64,000 nucleotides of DNA from Blasia pusilla (Eukaryota), in NCBI GenBank assembly GCA_050084515.1, contig CM114271.1, positions 47,368,001-47,432,000 on the forward strand, given 5' to 3'. Below the pieces are notes generated by a model. It made no database searches. It saw nothing but the letters and a program-made list of their open reading frames with translations, and was not told where the DNA came from. Positions 12,877 through 28,156 of this stretch are shown here, in pieces. A program made the position numbers and the translations under genes. The stretch's first letter is position 1; every line of letters starts with the position of its first letter.

Positions 12877-15800
12877 CTATTGAATCACCTTTCTCATATG
12901 CATCTCTGGCCAGAGCATGCTTGAACCAAGAGCATCACCAAATGTTTCCTGTGCAAGTTCGTCTATCAAATTCGGCATCCACAAAGCATGTTCTGGTTCG
13001 AACACCTCGTTTAGATCAACCCTCACCACGCCTAAGGGGATGTCTTTGGCATGGAACTTGTCTCTCCCACCAAAACCTGATATAACTCCTAACCCAAGCA
13101 CCATCCTACTCAACTTTGGCTTGGTGAGTAATACATGATCACCAATTCGTAGCTAAAAAAATACACAAGCATTTAGTTAGTACCAATTCAAATTCTTTCC
13201 ACATGCATTTGCATCATTAATCTGAAAATAAAAAACTGCTATGATATACCTGTTTGAAAGACCATCCCCATTTCGAAAGATGACGTGAAAAGTTCACAAG
13301 TCCTAGACGACCATTTGACTGTCCACAACAAGAATTATCAGTGTCATCATATAAACCTTGAATAGAAGAGGCCATTATAGATGAGATAAATTACCTTAGT
13401 TATTTTCTTAGACGGGCGTGATCTGATTTCACTTTCCTGCTCATTCAAACCATCAGATTGTAGCCTAGACTTCTGTCTTTTGGATGGTGATGATTTGGCT
13501 TGGCTATCCATACTTACGTTTTGTGCACATTATGCACGACAAAGTCCATTGAAGGTTGTTTCATGGATAGTTTGAAAACTATGCCACAGATAAATTCATT
13601 ATGCCAAGGATGACATACTTACGAGTGATTCGAGTATCACCATCTGCACTTTCTGTGGAAATTCTCCTCTTGTTGCTCCGTTCTGGCACTTCAACAAACA
13701 ACCCAAGTATTGAGAAATGAATTGTAAAACCAGATTCTTCACTTCAACAAGTAATTATATTATAAGACCCCACATGTACTAAAGCTAAACTCTCTACTTA
13801 CCACCAGATTGTGTAGTTGCCATTGCCTCTTTTTGTGTGGAGATCTTCCTCTTCCCTAATTGTCCGGCTGTAGACGTTGGTATAGGTTCAACATTGACTG
13901 TAAGTTACTCAAAACAAAGAAAGTCAGTTGTGAAATGCTCATGCTGGAAAGGACAAGTAGTTATAACCATTGAAAACCAAGGGCGGAAGAATGAGAATGG
14001 GCTACCTGATGTGAGCTTCTCATCTGTTGTTGCATATGGTTGAGAATTGGATGGCGGGGAACTAGAAATCTGGTGTGGTGTTGAAGACACATCCTTTGAA
14101 GTAAGTTTGGACACCATTTCCATGAGTACACTTAATGCCTTGTTCTGCCGTTCCATCTGCAACTTCACATCATCCAAATCTGCGCTCCACTTCTTTTCCA
14201 CTTCTTCCAATTGAATAGTGACTCTAGATTCCACACTCTGCATATATAATCCAACGATCAATTAGGTACCAAAAAAATATGGTTTTGCAATTACACACTT
14301 AGATACAATCATGATACTAACACCATAATTCAACATGATTAAGGATATGATATCAACTCCATGACCCAATCAGATGAAGGTCATAATACTAGCTATGTCA
14401 AGCCAACGGGTAAGAAAAGAGTTAAGCATTTACATTTACCGATGAACTCAATTGTGTGAAACCTGGTTGCTTAGGCAACTCGCTACTCTCCGTATATTCT
14501 AGCCCCGTGCCCAAGGACTCCTTTGAGGTACGTTGTTGCACCTGCACATGCTCCTTAAATACATAAATTATGAAATTCATGCATGTGAAAGGATTCATTG
14601 CAAATATGGAAATGAAGCAATAATGGAAGTTTTCTACCATTATATAACTTTAGCAAGAAAACTAGGGAATGCCAAGATGACTTACATCAAGTCCATCTAA
14701 ACATGCACGGCCGGAGAAATTTAAAGTCTGGACCTTGGCCCTTGCTCGAGCCATCTTTTCTGCCTTCATTTTGCCTTCCTCGGAGAGCCAATAATCTACT
14801 AATCGATTCCATGACTCCTCATTGGTATCGTGGTGACATGGGGACTGCTCGATGAGCCCCATGTAATGTCTAATAGTTCTTGACATTGGATCGCTTTCGG
14901 TTTTCAATAGTTGTGCTATTTTTTTCTTCATGAAATCAAGCGAAAGAGATGATGCACCCACATATGTGTATGCCTCAAGGATGTGATCGAGCAAGACCAT
15001 CTTTGATAGAATTGTTTACCAATCTCAATGCATGATAAGTCCAAGTACCTCATCACCCATACCTTCAATTCATTTAGCCAAGGCTCATCACCAGGAACTC
15101 TAGGCGACGGAATACCATTTGGCATGAGCTCACATCTAGGTTTTAAGTTTTGCTCCTTCCTAATGGAGACATCACGAGTCCACAAATCACGCTTTGTGCG
15201 ACTCTGCCGCTCTCCTACAAATATACCACCATCCCAATTCTCAGATATAAAAAATGTAGGGCCGACAATTATAAACTCACCAAATCATAATTATGTTGAA
15301 CTATATTAACTATAAGACCAACTTATACTATTAACAGTTTCACACCTTTCATAATACAACAACCTATTTTAGTATAAATTTGCAAACTCGGAACCAAGTG
15401 AGAAGTCAACTTTAGATGCACCTGCTTGCGGGGTCAAATTTTCTGATGGGCTTGGTGTTGTGCAAGATTGAGACCTACTTGGATGTTCATGGATGATTGA
15501 GCTCCATTGGTCCATGGTGGCTGAAATTGACTTCCACAACCCATCGGTGATTGCATCATCATTGGTACCCACCACGGCATCTGGCTCTGTGCCCATGGGG
15601 GTGGATGAGGGGGATATGCTTGCGAAGGCATTATGGGTTGTGATGGAGTTCCATCCATGGGCTGCACATGCAAGTAAATGGGTGAATAAACTAAACTAGA
15701 GACCATTTGATGAGCAAAGATTAGTGAAGTCATAATGACAGGCTTCTACCACTCAATTTATTACATACCAATCATACATATAGAGATAGTTGAATATTCC

Positions 15801-16500
15801 TCCATGTCTACAATTACATTACCGCATCGTTTGTATTGGTGGAATTTCGTACACTTCCTTGTTTGGATGGTTCGATTGGACGCTCCTTCAAAACAGACAT
15901 TTCGTTGTGAGTTAACATAGTCGTCATAATTCTGAAATCTGAAGAGAGTAGCAAAACAACAAGATGTGAAGAGAAAGTACCTCCCATACTCCAAACCCAC
16001 AAGTCGTCATCCTCTTCAGTCCCCAAGAAGTCCATCTCAAGGAGTGGATTATAATAGGGGTCTTTGGAATCACTATCTGAACAATCTTTTCGAATCTCCT
16101 CGGGGATTACACTTTGGTTAGTGGCCTTCTCCTCCAACCGTAAGCTGCGTCTTTGTGGAAGGGAAGGATTCCAAAATGGCAAAGGCTTGCGCTCCTTCAC
16201 AACCCTTGGAGCAACAAACCTTCAAAATATGATCACACAAATTTTGTCATATTTTCTAATGTACAACCACTATATGAACATGATACACTTGACCAAATAA
16301 AGCAAAAGAAAAAGATTATCCAAGATCATACTTACCAATCCTTCAACCCACCAAACAACTCCGCCTCTTTGGCCTTTCTCTCTTTCACTCTACGATTCCT
16401 TTCTTCTTCGTATGGATTAGGACTTTGTTGAACATTATCTATACCATCCCAAGATGAACTCTGATTGGATTCCACGTTCTCTTCAGTCATATCGGTACAC
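12877..16500 (-). pseudogene. Multi-exon TnpA-like second gene of the CACTA element; exon boundaries not resolved
   Basis: WNRLVDYWLSEEGKMKAEKMARARAK (14662-15000) resembles the Ptta/En/Spm family motif. Last exon ...VVRVDLNEVF...TFGDALGSSMLWP (12877-13113) resembles the TNP1-like C-terminal domain. Confidence 0.6.
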
Positions 16501-16720
16501 CGTTCCAAGCGCCTCCCTCCCTCCGGTAGACGACAAGTTAGCAAGAATAACACCTAACTTGACGGCAATTCGAGATTTCTACTTGTTGCCGTAGAGTTTC
16601 ATTCCATTATGCCCAACAACACCAGAATTCACTTACATCCTCGTAACAAAAGTCAATTATTTGAATCATACCAAAAAAAAAACACAATGATGAGTACCAA
16701 AGAAACAACTATGAATTAAT

Positions 16721-19700
16721 CTAATCTGATTCTGAGTTATTAGAGTCTGAATCAACATCTTCTATCATATCGCATACATGGATTATTGGCACATGTTGCA
16801 CATCCACTCTAGCAGTTTCCATCTCTGCATCACTTAGGACTCTAGCTCCTAAGGTACTTGCATCTGGTAGATTCCCTGGTTCCATGCATGTGGCATGGAA
16901 GGTGGGCAAAACATTACAAGCTCCATCTAGCGACTCTAAGTCATCAAAATAAACTCTCCGAGCTCTAGCTTCCTTCCTCATTACCACTTTCCATCCTCCA
17001 CCCTCATCGGCATCTCCATAAAACACTTGTTGCACTTGTGATGGGAAAACAAATGGTTGGTGATCTAATGGCTCGCATGACCTCAAGTTGGCCAACAGAA
17101 AACCCTCCTTATCTAATTTCATGGATCCTACTCTTGAATCCCAATCTGCTTTAACCCACCGCCCTCGCATTAGTATTATGGGTTGTTCTACAACCCCATA
17201 ATCAAGTAAGAGAATATCAACCAACACCCCAACGTATGAGTATAGACAATTCTGGTTGGAACTTTTTTCATCAACAAATACTGCACCTATTCCACTATCA
17301 TAAGTGGAGAAGGGTGTCGCACCACTTGGCCCTTCTACCCTGAAGTGGTTTCCGTAGGCTTTCATACTCTTGAATGACAATGCCCTACTATTAGGAGGTA
17401 TAGCTAACGATAGTAGGTGAGCATCAGGATCTTTTGAGTTGTCAATTGCATCCTGTGTAATGGTAAGGCCAATCCACTTTTCGAAAGGAATGTCTCTCGA
17501 ACATGACTGATATTTCCTGTTCAATAACAATGTTAATGGTATTAGTACATTCTTTTGTATTTAATGTGTCAATACCAAAATAATATACACTTTGAGAGTC
17601 CGAACCGTAATTCACATGACTATAACCTTGAAAAGCATATATTGGAGAGTTTTACCTTTGCCAATCAACCATGATCTCTGTATTATGCAACACATAATGA
17701 TGTGCTAAGTTGATCATTTCTCGCGAAAGTCGAACTGGAGTGCCCGCACCTTCTAGCTCCTCACCAACGACCCCCTCTTCCTCCCCATCATCCCACACTC
17801 GCGTCCGCACGTCTTCAAACCTTTTCATATACTCAGTCACAAACCCTAATGCCTCGTCCTTCACATACCCTTCTGCCATACACCCCTCTGGTCTAGCTTT
17901 AGACCGTACATATTTCTTCATGTACCCCATATATCGCTCCATTGGATACATCCATCGACATGCTACTGGCCCACACATGTCCAATTCTTCTACGACATGA
18001 ATCAATAAATGTGTCATCACGTCGAAGAAAGATGGAGGGAAATGCATTTCAAATAGACAAAGGGTTATGGCAGTCTCTTCCAAGAGTTTGTCAATTAAAG
18101 CTGGATCATATACCTTTGTACACACCATTCTAAAAATGCCGGATAATTTAATAACCACCATTCTCACGTGGTCCTTCAGAAGACCACGGATGCAATAAGG
18201 AAGGACTTGTTGAATGAAGACATGGTAATCATGTGATTTCATATTGCCCAATTTTTGATTAACCACATGCTTGGAGAGTTCTCCACAATATCCAGATGGC
18301 ACTTTCAAGTTTTGAATCCTCGAAAGGAAAGTGTTCAAGTCACGGGGAGATAGACAATAATCGGAAACTGGTTTAAGCAAAACTTGGGGTTTACTAGGAT
18401 GGGGTTGCAACCACAAATGGGATCGAATTCCACGGGCCTCCAGATCTCTCCTTACTTTCACAGTATCTTTCACTCCAAATAAGGTCTTGACTAGATTCTC
18501 AACGATATTCTTCTCAACGTGCATTACATCTAACGTATGGCGTATAAGCAAATTCTGATTGTATCGTCAAGGAAGCATGGACATCTCACAAGTTCAACAT
18601 GATAGCTAATATCCACAATCAAATCAAACAAAAGCTATCCTCCTCTATAGCCACTATTTCATAACATAAAGAATGGATAATACAGAGAAGGAGCAGGATA
18701 CTCGCCAATATGGCAACGAATATAGTATACTCAGCCTTTTCACCCCAGTTCTCTTGTAGGGATCAGTAGGGCCGTCTTCTCGACCCCCACCCTCATCATA
18801 TGCATGTTTTTCATTTGCCCATCCAATAATCTCTCTAGAAAGTAGTCTAGGCACGCGTGGTCTAAGTTCTGCACTCCCGTTGAAGTGAGATCCATACCTG
18901 CGGGTCCTCCATGGATGGCTCAATGGGAGATATCGACGATGACAACCGTATATGGGCTTGCCACAAGACTTTGAAAATCAGAATCCACTCGAGGCCCGCA
19001 TATAGTACATCCTAATTTTCCACCATGGCTCTGCCCACTATAGTTCCGTATGCCGGGTAATCATTTATGGTCCATAGTAAGGTAGCCTGAACATGAAGTT
19101 CCAACTTCCGCCTACCTTCCGGACGTCATGAAATTGAACCCTTTCCACATTTCTTGGAACTCTTCCACTAGAGGAAGCAAGTATGTGTATATGTTTTTCC
19201 CATTTACACTTTCCTTTCCTGGTATGATCAAAGAGAGCATCACAAAGAATTTTTTTGTCTGGAGCCAGGGAGGCAAGTTATAATTAACAAGAAGCACGGG
19301 CCATGTTGACCACGAACTCGACTTGTCTGAAAATGGATTCACTCCGTCCAAAGCTAGCCCAAACCTGCAATTCCTCTTCTTCTCGGCAAAGTCCGGATAT
19401 AAGTTGTCCATGTGGCACCATGACTTGCAATCATTTGTATGTCTTACTAAGCCATCCTTGCTCGATTCAAGGGGCCAGGTTAACAATTGATAACGTCTTG
19501 CATCTAAACATACGTCTCATCCGAGGTATGACAGGAAAATGCCTTAATACCTTACATGGTACCAACGTTCTACCCACTTTCCGGAACCTTGGTTTCCCAC
19601 ATAATGGACAGATCTCAGCTTCAGCCAAATCACCCCGGAATAAAACACATCCAGCTAGACACGCATGGATACTGTTGTAACCTAAGCCTAGTTTACCAAT

Positions 19701-20534
19701 GAGTTTTTTTGCTACATAATAACTCGGTGGCACCAAGTTCCCTGCTGGTAGGACCAACTTACAAAGGAGTTTCAGAAATTGGTCAATAGCTACATTTGGG
19801 ACGCCATGGGTGGTTTGAATGTTAAATAGTAACATGACAAAAGCCAAAACAGATGTTTTTGCTATAGGAAACAAGGGTTTGCAAGCTTCAGCAAGCTCCT
19901 CATATTCATCTCCATGATTGAATGGTGGTTCTTCGTTTGATATTCCCGGTTCTGGTAATTCATCAGATGAGAGAGATGTCTCTTCAGTTTCATCCTCGTG
20001 TATATGGTCGTATTTCTGGAAAGTATCATTGAGCATTTTATGAACGTCAATGTGCTCATCTATATCTGCCATGGAAGATCTCTCCCTTCCATCCACATGG
20101 AAGGTGGGGGCTGACTCCATTGTCTTATCCTCTTGGCTTCTTTTTTCAGCAAGATCATGCATAAGCCACTCCTCATCTGAAGAGTCCCATCCATCCCTAG
20201 ATTTCGGCACTCGACAAAGCGCCGAGCGTCCATTTTTTCTCAAATGTGCTTCCACCTTGCCGATGGACAACGTAGACCCACCCTTACAATCATTGCACGG
20301 ACACCGCAATCTTTTACAACCCAATACACTAGCACGTGTGCTTTCCCGTTGCCACAACTTGGAATCATGTGCCTTTACTCTAACTGGGTGGTTCAAATCC
20401 ATTCTAAGGGGATTGAAGTAGATTCCAAAGCGTGAATGAAACATTCCAAACACATCCAAAACCATGACATCTTGCCTCAATAACGAATTCCATAAACCAC
20501 GGCTGGCTGAGCTATCATCTGAATGCATACTCAC
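16721..20534 (-). pseudogene. CACTA Tnp2/TnpD transposase, spliced and frameshifted
   Basis: RCPCNDC; IHACLAGCVLF...CPLCGKPRF; GLALDGVNPF...STWPVLLVNYNLPPW; HTLDVMHVEKN; MKSHDYHV; FPPSFFDVMTHL...RWMYPMERYM; QPFVFPSQVQQVFY. Confidence 0.92.
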
Positions 20535-21459
20535 GTGAAGTCAAGACAAGTATGATAAGGCACGTATACCTAACCTGGTTCTTATCTCGATAGAGATCTC
20601 AATCATCACTAACAATCCTCACCGATGCGGTCCAATGCTTCCAACGACATTCGTGAATGACAATTGTAACACACCCAACTTTAGATAATGACTCAGTCCT
20701 TTGATATGTACACTTCATCATGGCCCTCGTCTAATAAATGTTTCCAGCGAAGATCTAGACAAACAAACTATAAATCTAATCTGCTGTGAGTGACCATAGT
20801 ATTTTACCTTACACTCACATCAAATCAATGATCAGTCAGTAGGAAAATCAGTCAGTCAATAGGAAAAGAAACCCAAGACGAGTGAGGAACACATCAGAAA
20901 GCTGAAGCTTCTCGTCAACTTAGTTCTAGAATTTGGAGCGAGCAATCATTGAGAAGTAGAGGTTAGAGATACAGACGCACATTCAAGAGTCAATATCTGG
21001 TCTCAATATGTCTCCATGCAATTTAAAGTAATTCCTAGCATCTCCTTTATGACTATGTAATGCAGCAAACACAAGTATGTACTTTTAGGGAAACCGATGT
21101 GATGCACAAGCTTACCGTAAGGTTCTCTCTGATTGATTGTTGCAGAGGAGATGCGGTCAGTGTGGTCTTGAGAGAAGAAGTGGACATACACTTCTCCTCG
21201 GAAAAGGCATTGTCCAGAAAACAAGAACTTCCTAAACCTTCTCTTGATACTAAAAAATTAGCGGCCAAACGAGGCACTCTGGTGCTTGTAGGTAACCAAC
21301 ACCATCAGATGGTGTGGGGTCTTCTAACATGGTATTGCTATATTGCTTGCACGCTGTTCACTCATTATAAGCTACCCAGGAGCAGTGCTTTAGAACATGT
21401 CGTCCCAACATACCAGGCCTGTCGGGACTTGTAGTTTAGGAGTTTAAACCCAACCAGGC

Positions 21460-21660
<201 letters not shown>

Positions 21661-22344
21661 ACTCACCTGGTGTTGTATCAACAATGTGTATCAGGTTTCA
21701 GCAATGCCGTGTTTGCACTAGAGTTAGCATCCTGTATCCGAGCCTTCCTTTGTCCAAAAAAATATTTCCAATCTCCCAAAAACGCACCAAATCATACTTT
21801 CTCCCATAAACGAAGCCTCCTTCCCCCTCGCATTGCCTGCCTCATCATCTTTTAACTTCCTTCCCTCAATCGTCTCGCCCACTATTAGTAGGGTGCAGGA
21901 GCTTGCAAACGCGGGAATGTGCAAAGCCTTCAAAACCGAATCGCATCGCACCAAAAAACAGAGCCAAAGCCTAGGTCCTTGCCACGGCACACTCAACATG
22001 TCAAATAAGCCTACAACCCAGCTTGAATGCCACGTTGGCATAGAAAACAAAATGTGATACTCTAGGTGCCCATTCACATGGTGCTAAATTGTTGTCCATT
22101 CTTTTAGCATCCATAAAAATTTGGTGGAGAGACAGCCTAAAAATTTTGACCACATTGAGTTGGTTATAATTCCAAGTAGTAAATACCTACCCGTTTGCTT
22201 TGCTACATTAAGCATATGAAAAAAATTTACACAAAATCCAAACATGCGCATGCCCGTGATATAAGTAAGAAGGCCCAAACAAGTCTTGAAGATTAGAGGG
22301 TGGAGGTCACATCGTCAACAAAAACCCCAAGAAATCTCACTCGA

Positions 22345-24070
22345 GAAAAATGGAAGGAGCACTAGGAACATTACTTGTAAGTTACTCCTCTTCCACTTTC
22401 TTGTTCATTTGATGTTCCTTATCCTCCAAAACAAGCCCATAAATCATGAAACTTGATCACACCATGCCCTTCACGTTAGGACCCAAGGGGGAAAAAAAAT
22501 AAAACCTCAAATGCTTCTTGGGGTTTGGGAGTTAAAAATCAAAAACCCTTAGCTCAGGTCTTCATTTTTTAATGCAGCATGGAGAATTCTATATAAGATC
22601 TACACCGTCCAAGTTCAAGAGGGGCATAACCACCCACAAATTTCCAGGTTTAAGCTCCATCCAATAGTGGCATCAAATGATGAGTGGCAAAAAAGGTGAA
22701 AAATGGAAGGAGGACTAGGAAAATGACTTGTAAGTCACTCCTCTTCCACTTTCTCCTTCATTTGATGTTCCTTCTCCTCCAAAACAAGCCCATAAATCAT
22801 GAAACTTGATCACACCATGCCCTTCATGGTCAGGGCCCCAAGGAAAAAAATAAAACCCCAAATGCTCCCAGAGTTTGGGAGTTAAAAAGTCCTCCTCCTC
22901 CTTCTTCATCTATCATTTTCTCCCCTCCCCATCAATCGTGAGTCCAAAAATCATGAATTTTTTTCCAAAGGGGCACCTCAACCCCAGGAACACAGGGGAA
23001 AAGAAAAAACTACAAATTACCACTCACACATGGAATTAAAAACCTTAAATCCTAACTAAGGATTTTTATTTTTCATTTTAGCATCAAGGCGTAAATGGCA
23101 AATCTAAACCGTTGAAGATGTGGAGAAATTTAATAAAAGTGCTATGGAAAAGATTCATTACCATCCAATGGTGGGAAGAAAAATTATCACCATGTTAACA
23201 TGAAAGTGACTCTTTTTCGACCCTTGCCCCTCAACGAGGGTTCCGAAAACCAAGGAAATTTTCCTAAACCCTAAACCCCAACCCCAGGAACACAAGGCAA
23301 AAGAAAAAACTTCAAATGACCATTACACATTGAATTAAAAATCGTAAACCCTAAATAAGGACTTTGATTTTTGGTACTAGCATGGAAGCTTAAGGGACAG
23401 ATTTGAACCGTTGAGCGTGTGGAAGAATTTAATGGCAAGGCTTGTGCCAAGTTTCACCACCATCCAATGGTTGGAAGAAGAGTAAAAACTATAATAACAT
23501 GAAATTGCAACAATGACTTGAGACAATTCTACTCAATGCCATCATCCACTTGCATGACACCTCTTTTTCTACCCTCCCCCCTCAACCAGGAGTTGAAAAA
23601 ACAAGAAACGGTTCCTAGATAGCCACCCCAACCCCAACCCCACGAACACAAGGAAGAAGAAAAAACTTCAAATGATCACTCACACATTGAATAAAAAATC
23701 GTTATCCCTAAATAAGGACTTTGATTTTTGGTACTAGCATAGAGGGCTATGGGATAGATCCAAACCGTTGCAATTGTGTAAGCATTAAATAGCAAAGCAT
23801 GTGCCAACTTTCAAGACCATCCAATGGTTGGAAGAAGAGTCAACACCATAATAACATGAAATTGCAACAAGGATTCGAAACAATCCTACTTAATGCCCTC
23901 CTCCCCCATCATGACACCTCTTTTTCGACCCTCCCACTTCAACGAGGGGTCAAAGAATGAGAGAATTAATGCAAAGTCTTGTGCTTACTTTTATCACCAT
24001 CTTATGGTTGGATGAAAAGATATCTCCATGTTAACATGAAAATGACACAAGGACTCTGAATAATCCTACT
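22345..24070. repeat. Degenerate tandem repeats (~300-360 bp spacing) in the CACTA 5' region
   Basis: Recurring AAAATGGAAGGAG...CTCCAAAACAAGCCCATAAATCATGAAACTTGATCACACCATGCC (2x) and ACCCCAGGAACACA...CATCCAATGG...AACATGAAA (3-4x). Confidence 0.8.
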
Positions 24071-27000
24071 CAAAATGGGAGCATGAAATCATTTAAACAT
24101 ATGAGTCGTTGCTTATGACTCATCTTTACTAGGCAAGTGAAACAAGTCTGACTCGTCGTGACTAGTGGGTATTGAAAACTTCTTTAGTCATAAGGAGATG
24201 ACTCAATGAGTTGTACGACCCTAAATTTTATGACTAAACCATTTAAGTACTAATTTGAGTATTCTTTTGGTGAGTCATTTAAAGTCTAGTCATAAAAACC
24301 ACCCATTTCTTCTAGTGATGGAATGGACCGAGAGTTTGGGGTTGGGTTGGAAAACCTGAACCAAGTCTATGGAGGAGATTTTAGACATCCCTCTTGGATT
24401 TCACCCCACGACTGAAATCTTACTTGGGTCTCGGTTTGGAACTCACACAAGGTCCGTTGAACAGTTGGGATCGCTAGGCGCGCAAGTGCCGTTTTAGGTT
24501 CCTGGACTAATCAAGAAGTCTGTTCCAAGTCTTGAAGGTGGGTTGAGCTTGATGAGACGCCGAGTTGAGAACTCGGTGGGTTGAACGCTGGTTGGCCCAG
24601 ACCCGACTAACGAGAGTGCGTGTTTGGGTGCAGATCGGCGATGAGATCGTGTCCTACTGAACGTACGCTTCCGCAACAATAAAGACTAACGTTCAAGGAG
24701 AGTAGGGGTGCGACATTGCTAGACTCAACTCATCTCAAGTCTTGGTTCACGTTTAGTCCGCTTGGAGTTTGTTTCATTATGAGGGTCGCGACAACATATG
24801 CCATCCTCGAGAACACCCATCCTTCGAGGCAACTTGTGGTAGCTCGGGGCGAGTGGGCGTGAGAGGGGGAGTAAGGAGCAAGGAGCAAGCAAGCAAGCTT
24901 GCTTGCTTGGGCGTTAGGCAGTTTTTGTAGGATTTGTGATTTGAGTGTTGTATAACTGGTCACCCATCTTTGGGCTATTCTGCATGGAGGACGCTTGACT
25001 ACTGAGTTCTTAACTATGCCAGTGTACACACTGGTGTAGCTCATTTGGTGCTGTTCGGAGATGTGTTAGGCGCTTTATGCATCTCAGGTTTTTGGTTGAT
25101 GTACCTCTAGCACATAGTACGGTGTAGCCTCTCCATGCAGGTGATATTTTCAGGTGCTGCGAGTCCGACTAGCACGTCATCAACCCCGGCGGAGTAGCTT
25201 TTGCGTTAGAATTGTGTGGTGGGTTCTGTGGATTCAGGGGGCGTCACGTTTGGTGGATTGTGTTACCTTGATTTCCATTTGCGATTGGAGGATTGTCATT
25301 GGACTTCCTGTGTTTGGATCCCCTCCATCATTGCTTCTTGCTTGCGCGCCCATTGTTAGGATTGACGCTGATTTCCAGAGTAGTGTTACTCCTGTGTGCT
25401 ACCGATAGTGAGGTTGGAGTGATGACGAGTAGACCGTGGGAGGCTTCTTGTGGTGATGACACGTTAGGTTGCCTACACCCATAGCTAGTAGAGCTAGAAT
25501 AGTATAGCAACATCGACGTCACTTGGTTACTTAGTGGTGATAATTTGGTGGTGGTGCGGCATCGGCGTTGGTCATCACGGAGCTGTCGGGTGGTCTGGTT
25601 GGGGACCGTGGTGCGGACAGTGGTGGTTTCACACAGAGTGGATTTAGGAATCGGCTACCTTTTCCACTTCTGACGGTTGATGAAGAGGAGGACGAGGGTG
25701 TTCCAAACACCAAGTCTTCTACGTTGTTATCGAGTGTTGCAACTCCATTGATTTGGGACATGGACGGGATATATGGGGCCATGAAGGGTCCACGACGATA
25801 CTCGAGTGCAGTGGGCACCATTGAGTTGGAGGACTTCATGCAGGAGTTTGATACGTGGTGTGATATGCAGATGTTGCGGAATGTTCAGAACCACCATCGT
25901 TTAGCCCAGTTGCAGAGTTCTTCAAGAGGTTGAAGAAGAACTATTAGGGAGTGAAGACAGAGAAGTTGAGGAGTCTTCAAGAATTTGAGCAAAAGACTGG
26001 TGAGAGTCTTTGTGAGGCATACACTCGTATGCGATGCTTGATTTCAGTTACCTAGGGTGTGAGTGAGGCTCAGGCAGTCCAGTTTTGGTATGGAATCTTG
26101 GACAGAGAGTTGCGCCGCAGGGTACGTGATGCTACTCTTATGAGTGATGATTCACCCACATTGACCCATGTGTTTGCTCTATCTGAGAAGATTGAGCTTA
26201 ACATGATGAAGGAGAGAGTGGTGACATCCGCATTCAGTAGGGATTCAACTACTATTTCTCGTGTTCAGCAGCCCACCTCACAGTCTCGTAGTAGTGGTGG
26301 TGGTCGTAGTAGTGGAAGTCGTGGGGGGTACACACGACCTCAGTCAGGTCCTAGAGGGACACTTGCGCAGAGACCATTGCCTTCATTTGCTGCCCCGCAG
26401 CAAGGACAATCATGTTGGACATGTGGAGGTGATCATGTTAGGAAGTTTTGTGCCCAAGAGGATGGGAGACGGACTTTGGAGGATGGGCCTCAGTTGGCCC
26501 CAACTCACTGTGATCATTGCGGGAGACCAGGTCATCCTCGAGAGCGTTGCTTTGATCTTCATCCAAAGTTGAGATCAGGCCGCGGCCGTGGTGGAGTACC
26601 TCCGAGAGGCCGAGGTGGTAGAGGTGGACCAATGGTTGGAGAGCCTACGGTGGCCACCCCTACCACTACGACAGAGTCAGCTATGGCTGCCAGGATTGAG
26701 CAGTTGGAGCAGAAGTTGGCTACTATGGCTGGTATCCAGCATAGATCAGGTTCGGGAGCAGGGGCTTCCATCTCTTATGGAGGGGATCATCTCTCTTATA
26801 TCGTGAGTGCAAGACCTGAGTTGAGGCATCAAGCTGCGATTCGAGAGGAGCCACTCGGCGTCGAGCCATGTGGTGCTCTTGTGGAGTTGGACCCCTGAGA
26901 GGATGAGGCGGGGAGGCGAGGCTAGGCTTCCCGAGTCATTCTTGTTGTCTGAGGTGCTAAGGACTCCATCCATGGTTCCTACGTAGCCTATTGAGCCGCA

Positions 27001-28156
27001 GTGGGGGGACCGAGGCATCTACATTGCGTGTAGTAGACACGGATGCAAAGCATCGAAGGCAAGATGTGCGGATGGCAACCGGTGTTGGGATCCCCATTGT
27101 TTTCGGCCACGAGGCGATGGCTTTAGGAGTTGACTTAGTTCTTGTATTTCAGCTAGCGACCCGCGTTGTGTGAACGTGGGGTGTATTCTTGCTACACGTC
27201 TTTGAGGTGGATGAGGGTGTTGCGGTGGAGCGACCCTCTATGTCGGTGTAGCATTGAGTACTTGTGCTACTTAGCGGCAAAGCGGCGAAGATGGATGCAT
27301 TACCAGCCCAGCCAACCATTGATCGTGAGAGGCTTACACCTTGTGTATGTATGTTGGACAACCGGAGTGGGATATTCCGATTGGTGAGTCCTACATGACA
27401 TGTGTATAGACCAAATAGAGTCTTGTTAGACTCTGGTGCCCAACCTTTGATGTTGGGAAAGGCGGCATGTATTGGTTTGGGTATTTGGAGGTCAGAGCTT
27501 GAGCCTTGCCCATTCCAGATTCAAACATCACTTGGAGGAGCCAATGATAGGTCTCAATTTATGACACGGGAGAAGTTTTCTGTACAGTTGAGACCAGATC
27601 ATGCGACTGATAGCTCTTGATTGGGAGTATCTGCGGTAGTCACATCAGCCGAGTCGTATGATGTACTAGTTGGAGGAGCAACATTGTACCCGATGGGTTT
27701 TGGATGGATTCTTGGGTCGAGGCGGCGTCTTATAGACCTGGTTGGCAGTCCGGGGATGGACGTATGAGCCAAGTTCTTGTGAGATTTATTTATGGGGCTC
27801 GACCAGGAGGGTCTTCCCCAACGGTGTTAGCATCTGTGGCTGGTTATAGTGGAGTAGTCACTTGGCCAGGAGACTTTTTGGAGGGTAATGTTTTTGCTAT
27901 GGATTCTCGTGTGCATGAGGAGGTAGAGGAGGTCCCTATTTTTGCAGCAGTGGCATCCTCATCGTTGGATGTGCCACTTTGGAGTTCAGGCGGTGCACTA
28001 CGGCAAGAGGCTGATCGCCTAGTGCAGGAGGCTTGGTGTGAGGTTGTTATACCTCACGAGGAAGAGGAGGCCCCACGGCGGAATCCTACTTCTGGTCCAA
28101 TTGGATTATCCCCTTTGGATTCTGCACCCATTGTATGGCAGTATCCGCCGGAGGGC

